A DNA stretch of 63,609 nt, filler included, from Globobulimina sp. (taxonomy: Eukaryota), in NCBI GenBank assembly GCA_003354225.1. It is 10 parts of 10 records of this genome, joined end to end, with 100 filler letters (N's around TTAATTAATTAA, not from the genome) between each part and the next. Parts side by side here need not be neighbours in the genome. Positions count along the whole stretch, not along the records: positions 57,365 to 63,609 come from PIVH01000330.1; 9 more parts are not named here. One strand, given 5' to 3'. Positions within the stretch are counted from its first letter, which is position 1, and each line of letters starts with the position of its first letter. The notes beneath the pieces are model-generated. The model searched no databases, had not been told where the DNA came from, and saw nothing but the letters and a program-made list of their open reading frames with translations. This document shows, one piece after another, positions 62,701 through 63,609 of the stretch. Position numbers and translations under genes: made by a program.

Positions 62701-63034
62701 GAAATATGGCGTGACGGACAAATCGGCAGATGGTCGCCGGAAATCGTTTGAATTATTACAGAAGTTAGAAGGTGAAAAAAAGGGACAATTATTGGAAGAG
62801 TTATTGCAAAATAAATGGGATTTCACCATACAAAAAAAATACAAAAATTGGAAAAAACTAAATGAACGGAAGAAAAATAGTAAGCTTAAAAAAAATAGTT
62901 CGAAAAAAGGAAGAAAAAAGAAAAAAAAGAGCTCGAAGCGAACGAAAGGTAGCAAAGGTAAAAAAAAAATGAAAAATTCATTAAAGGATCAGGTGAATAA
63001 CAATAAAAAAAATGATTCTGCTGTTGTTGATTAA
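59733..63034 (+). CDS. Large N-acylated protein with C-terminal TOG/CLASP-like HEAT domain, 2 exons
   Basis: MGGLCCKC start; intron 59764-59834; FY..NP.K..KY module; WQHRV.., QLTDDRSGVAR, TDKSADGR; Lys-rich tail. Confidence 0.7.
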
Positions 63035-63609
63035 TAATTTTTATATAATTATATTTCAATATCATATATGTTAATTGTTCTTGTGTACAAATCATATGAC
63101 ATGGATCTTTCCGCATATCTTTTGACTCTTATTTTTTTTTTATTTGCTTTTGCTTTCTCCATTCTATATTTATAAAATCCACATTCTTTATTTTTGTTGT
63201 TTGTTGTTGATAGCTTTTTTTTTGTCTGTTTATATCTATACTCTTTGCCTATACTTTTTTTTTGTTATTTTTGAATAGTTTTGTGATGTTATCTTTTTAT
63301 AATTCGAACATTGTTCATCAGCATTAAGATTCTAAACGCAACAAATTGAAGCAATGGAAACCTGAGTCGGAAAAAGTATGTATTACGATTTTCGAAAGGG
63401 TTTACCTATTTGGATTCTGAATAATTGTAGAAATTGGAATAATTATTGAAATCTTGAAAAACTGGAATAATTATCGGTATTTTGTATTTTTAGTCAAAAA
63501 AGAGGGAAAAGATAATTCAGATTCAACAATTTTAGTAATTTCATCTTTTTTGCAATATTATTACTTTTTAGAAATTATGGAAATTTGCAGTCTTTGGCAC
63601 TATTTGCTC

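Overview
This window is not one locus. It is a concatenation of ten unrelated ~6.25-6.3 kb contigs, ordered by decreasing length and joined by artificial 100-nt linkers (44 N + TTAATTAATTAA + 44 N). Nearly all the DNA is gene-dense, AT-rich eukaryotic sequence in the standard code with short (mostly 50-105 nt) GT-AG introns. The gene families (7TM-RGS, PT-repeat surface proteins, SPRY-like, CAP-Gly, calpain) suggest a SAR protist, probably a foraminiferan (inference). After manual splicing the contigs contain: (1) 7TM-RGS, G-beta and a second 7TM gene; (2) a large secreted repeat/low-complexity protein and an EF-hand protein; (3) ETHE1, a mini-bHLH and a Tudor-like/amine-oxidase protein; (4) an intact single-ORF non-LTR retrotransposon (APE-RT-Zn-RNase H) with a large insertion inside the RT; (5) a secreted ATP-grasp protein, a divergent Arp2, a GT10 fucosyltransferase-sulfotransferase fusion hidden by an intron, and an LPCAT; (6) a class-V PLP enzyme and a kinesin-5 with a PDZ-like tail, joined in frame at a shared RAKEAG peptide to a bacterial Fur-regulated Fe(III)-binding gene (probable chimeric misassembly); (7) Cys-rich and jacalin/PAN surface proteins; (8) a GT11-like enzyme and a VWA/LTD protein; (9) calpain, CAP-Gly and a decayed LINE; (10) a SINA E3 ligase, a UPF0193 protein and a lipidated TOG/CLASP-like protein. 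All calls come from motif recognition by eye; no database searches were run.
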